Shown: one piece after another, positions 62,044-64,000 of the stretch | Numbering within the stretch: position 1 is the first letter of the stretch | How the letters are laid out: every line of letters starts with the position of its first letter | IMG/VR virus record: IMGVR_UViG_3300036793_000060 | Span: 1-64,000 of that record | DNA: 64,000 nt | Strand: one strand, 5' to 3' | Origin: a virus | Taxonomy: Duplodnaviria > Caudoviricetes | Made by a program: the position numbers and the translations under genes | Notes under the pieces: generated by a model | What the model saw: the letters and a program-made list of their open reading frames with translations, nothing else | Databases searched by the model: none | Told to the model about the DNA's origin: nothing

Positions 62044-63705
62044 TCACCCCCCTAGCTTGCCGGTAGGCGAGTTCATCGAGGGCTTGGACGGGGGCCGTGG
62101 CGGGCCTGCGGGCGCCTGCTGCACGCGCGGCTGGCCGGCCTGCCCCGGCGTGCCCCCTGCGCGCTGCCCTGGCGCCGGGGGAGGCCGAAGCCCTCCGTTC
62201 TGCGCCCCGGCCTGCTGGGCGATGCCGAACGCGGCGCTGGTCATGCCCTGCATGGCGCCCAGGCTGCCCGCTGCCTCCGGCGGCATGCCGGGCGGCGGGT
62301 TCCCCGCCAGCTGCTCGGCGCGCTGGTTGGCGGTCGAGGACAGCGCCTCGTGCACCGCGTCCACGTCCAGCTGCAGGATCGAGGCCATCCGCTCGCAGAT
62401 CATGTCGAACACGGGCAGCGGGATGTGCATGGCGGGCGCCGCGTTCAGCTGGCCGAACAGGGTCATGATCGCCTGCGCCTGCTCATCCTCCAGCGGGCCG
62501 AACTTGAACGTGGGGAAGACGGCCTTGCTGCCGAAGTTGAGCAGGATCAGCGGCCGGATCACGTCGTAGGCGATCGACTCGGAGATCTCCGTGGCGATTG
62601 CCTGCCTGGACTGCAGGAAGAAGCTGGACTGGTCCTGGGACAGGGCGAAGCTGCCCTTCCCGCCGGTAGCGCTGCCGGTCAGGGCGAGGAACCCTGCCAG
62701 GATGCTGTGCGTCTGCCAGCTCTCCAGCCAGGCCATCGCCTCGGAGAAGAACTTGCCGCCGTCGCCGCTGCCCTCCAGCACCTCGAATGTCTTGGCGTTG
62801 TCGCTCGGGCGCTCCAGGCCGACCACGCCGCTGGACTTCAGCGAGGCGATGTCGCTCGCCTTGGCGTTGGCCTCGTTCTGGTCGTTGCCGTAGACGATGG
62901 TGCGCGGCAGGGCCTGGTTCTCCAGGAAGTGGTACCAGAGGTACAGGAGCTTCATCTTGGTCTGGTAGCACCAGTAGCAGACCTCAAGCTCGGACACGCC
63001 GGTCATCGGCTCGCGGTACTTGCCGTGGGTGTAGATGTAGCTGCGCATCCGTGGGATGTCGACGTAGCCGGGGACCTTCTGCTTGCGCTGCACCATCAGG
63101 TTGCCGCCGAACAGCCACACCTGCTGGCGGAACCCGTTCGGCTCGCCGCTGCGGTCGTTGTAGCGGGCCTGGCAGGTCGCCGGGGGCCGGTAGGCGATCT
63201 TGTCGTAGATGACCTTGCCGTCGCTGTCGCGGATCTTGAACGTCTTCTCGAAGAAGGACCGCCGGAAAATCTGGGCCGACGTGACCTGGCCTATCAGCTC
63301 GGACATCGGGGTCTTCATGCCGCCCTCGGAGTCCGGCGTCATCAGGACGCTGTTCGCCAGCTTGGCCTCGCCGCTGTCCCCCTTGCCCCCGGTTATCGAC
63401 CTGTCTGCCTGCCTGATCGGGAGGGTGAGTGCCTGCGCCAGCGCTGCGGAGATGCCGTCGCGGGAGAACATGACCTTCATGTCCCTCGCGCCCCACTCGC
63501 CTTAAACCGTAGTCAAAGACATCACCTTCCCCATAGTACGCAAACAACCTCTGACCCCAGTCAAATTGGGTAATTGCGTGCCGATCTCCGGACCAAGCAG
63601 CGAGCGCCTACCTCCGCCCGCAGACTTGCTCCCCTTTGGGGGAAGATCAGGAAACTCAACTACATTCTCTAGTCCAGCTACCTTCTTCTTGGATGAATCA
63701 ACCAC
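62044..63705 (-). CDS. Portal protein (DUF935/Mu gp29-like); 5' part split over three frames by two TTA-containing inserts
   Basis: Continuous ORF 62044-63480 with portal motifs (G.SEL...YW, GSFALS); 5' extension reconstructs to 548 aa. Confidence 0.85.
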
Positions 63706-63772
63706 AGTGGCATCACCTCCCTTGCTTTCGGGCGGCGTATGCCGCTGAGGACTTGCTGCTCATCATGCCCGC

Positions 63773-64000
63773 TCAGCGGTAAGGATGCACGACCGCTCGC
63801 CCAGACGGGCGTGCTGACTCGTCGTCGTCGGCCGGCTGGGGGGCGAACCCGTCGGGCGTCCAGTCGCCGCCCGCGACGTTGTAGGCGCCTCCGTGCGCGG
63901 TCACCAGGCGCCTGCTGGCCTGCGCCTCCTTGCTCGGCTCGGTGGGCGAGAACCCGAGCGAGCCGCCCGCCGCGTCCAGGATCGCCGAGTCGGAGTCAGT
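63773..64000 (-). CDS. 3' end of upstream gene, probably terminase large subunit (partial)
   Basis: Open frame runs off the window and stops at 63773; call based on position before the portal only. Confidence 0.45.
   Translation of the reverse strand, partial: TDSDSAILDAAGGSLGFSPTEPSKEAQASRRLVTAHGGAYNVAGGDWTPDGFAPQPADDDESARPSGRAVVHPYR

Noticed and set aside
63496-63580. Portal frameshifts as random sequencing errors or pseudogenisation
   Set aside because: Both inserts begin with in-frame TTA and end in a codon matching the take-off tRNA, which is unlikely for random indels. Not fully excluded without reads.
1-64000. Many long antisense or alternate-frame ORFs in the track (e.g. 12574-14430, 17495-18925, 32676-34274, 37672-39279)
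   Set aside because: They are Arg/Gly/Pro-rich shadows of GC-rich genes with no motifs or RBS.

Overview
The window is a 64 kb stretch of a GC-rich, long-tailed (siphovirus-like) actinobacteriophage genome. Host clues point to a filamentous actinomycete: two DUF397 genes, Lsr2, a BdtA/Rv0500A-like protein, SigR-type promoters and a TTGTCCACA DnaA box. Bases 1-10.9 kb (minus strand) hold small early genes, an AT-rich origin-like region, Prim-Pol primase, D5/SF3 helicase, XRE regulators and a Toprim protein. Bases 11-27.7 kb (plus strand) hold family A DNA polymerase, a RuvC-like resolvase, Lsr2, SNF2 helicase, a PD-(D/E)XK nuclease + AAA + SSB-like module, DUF932 and two candidate structured RNAs. 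Bases 27.8-64 kb (minus strand) are the virion operon, from a probable terminase 3' end through portal, MuF, an ~9 kb head-cargo cluster, protease/scaffold, capsid and tail genes to a GH25-like endolysin. No integrase or CRISPR array is visible. The main result concerns the codon TTA. In my manual scan it is absent from ordinary coding frames. It occurs in frame at two matched take-off/landing inserts in the portal gene (candidate double translational bypass) and at six gene ends where it appears to replace a stop codon. A second result is a set of head-associated polyproteins in which ADP-ribosyltransferase, metallopeptidase and other domains are separated by a repeated [IVL][ED]L[AGS]...R...G.W motif. 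All product calls come from motif recognition by eye; no database searches were run.
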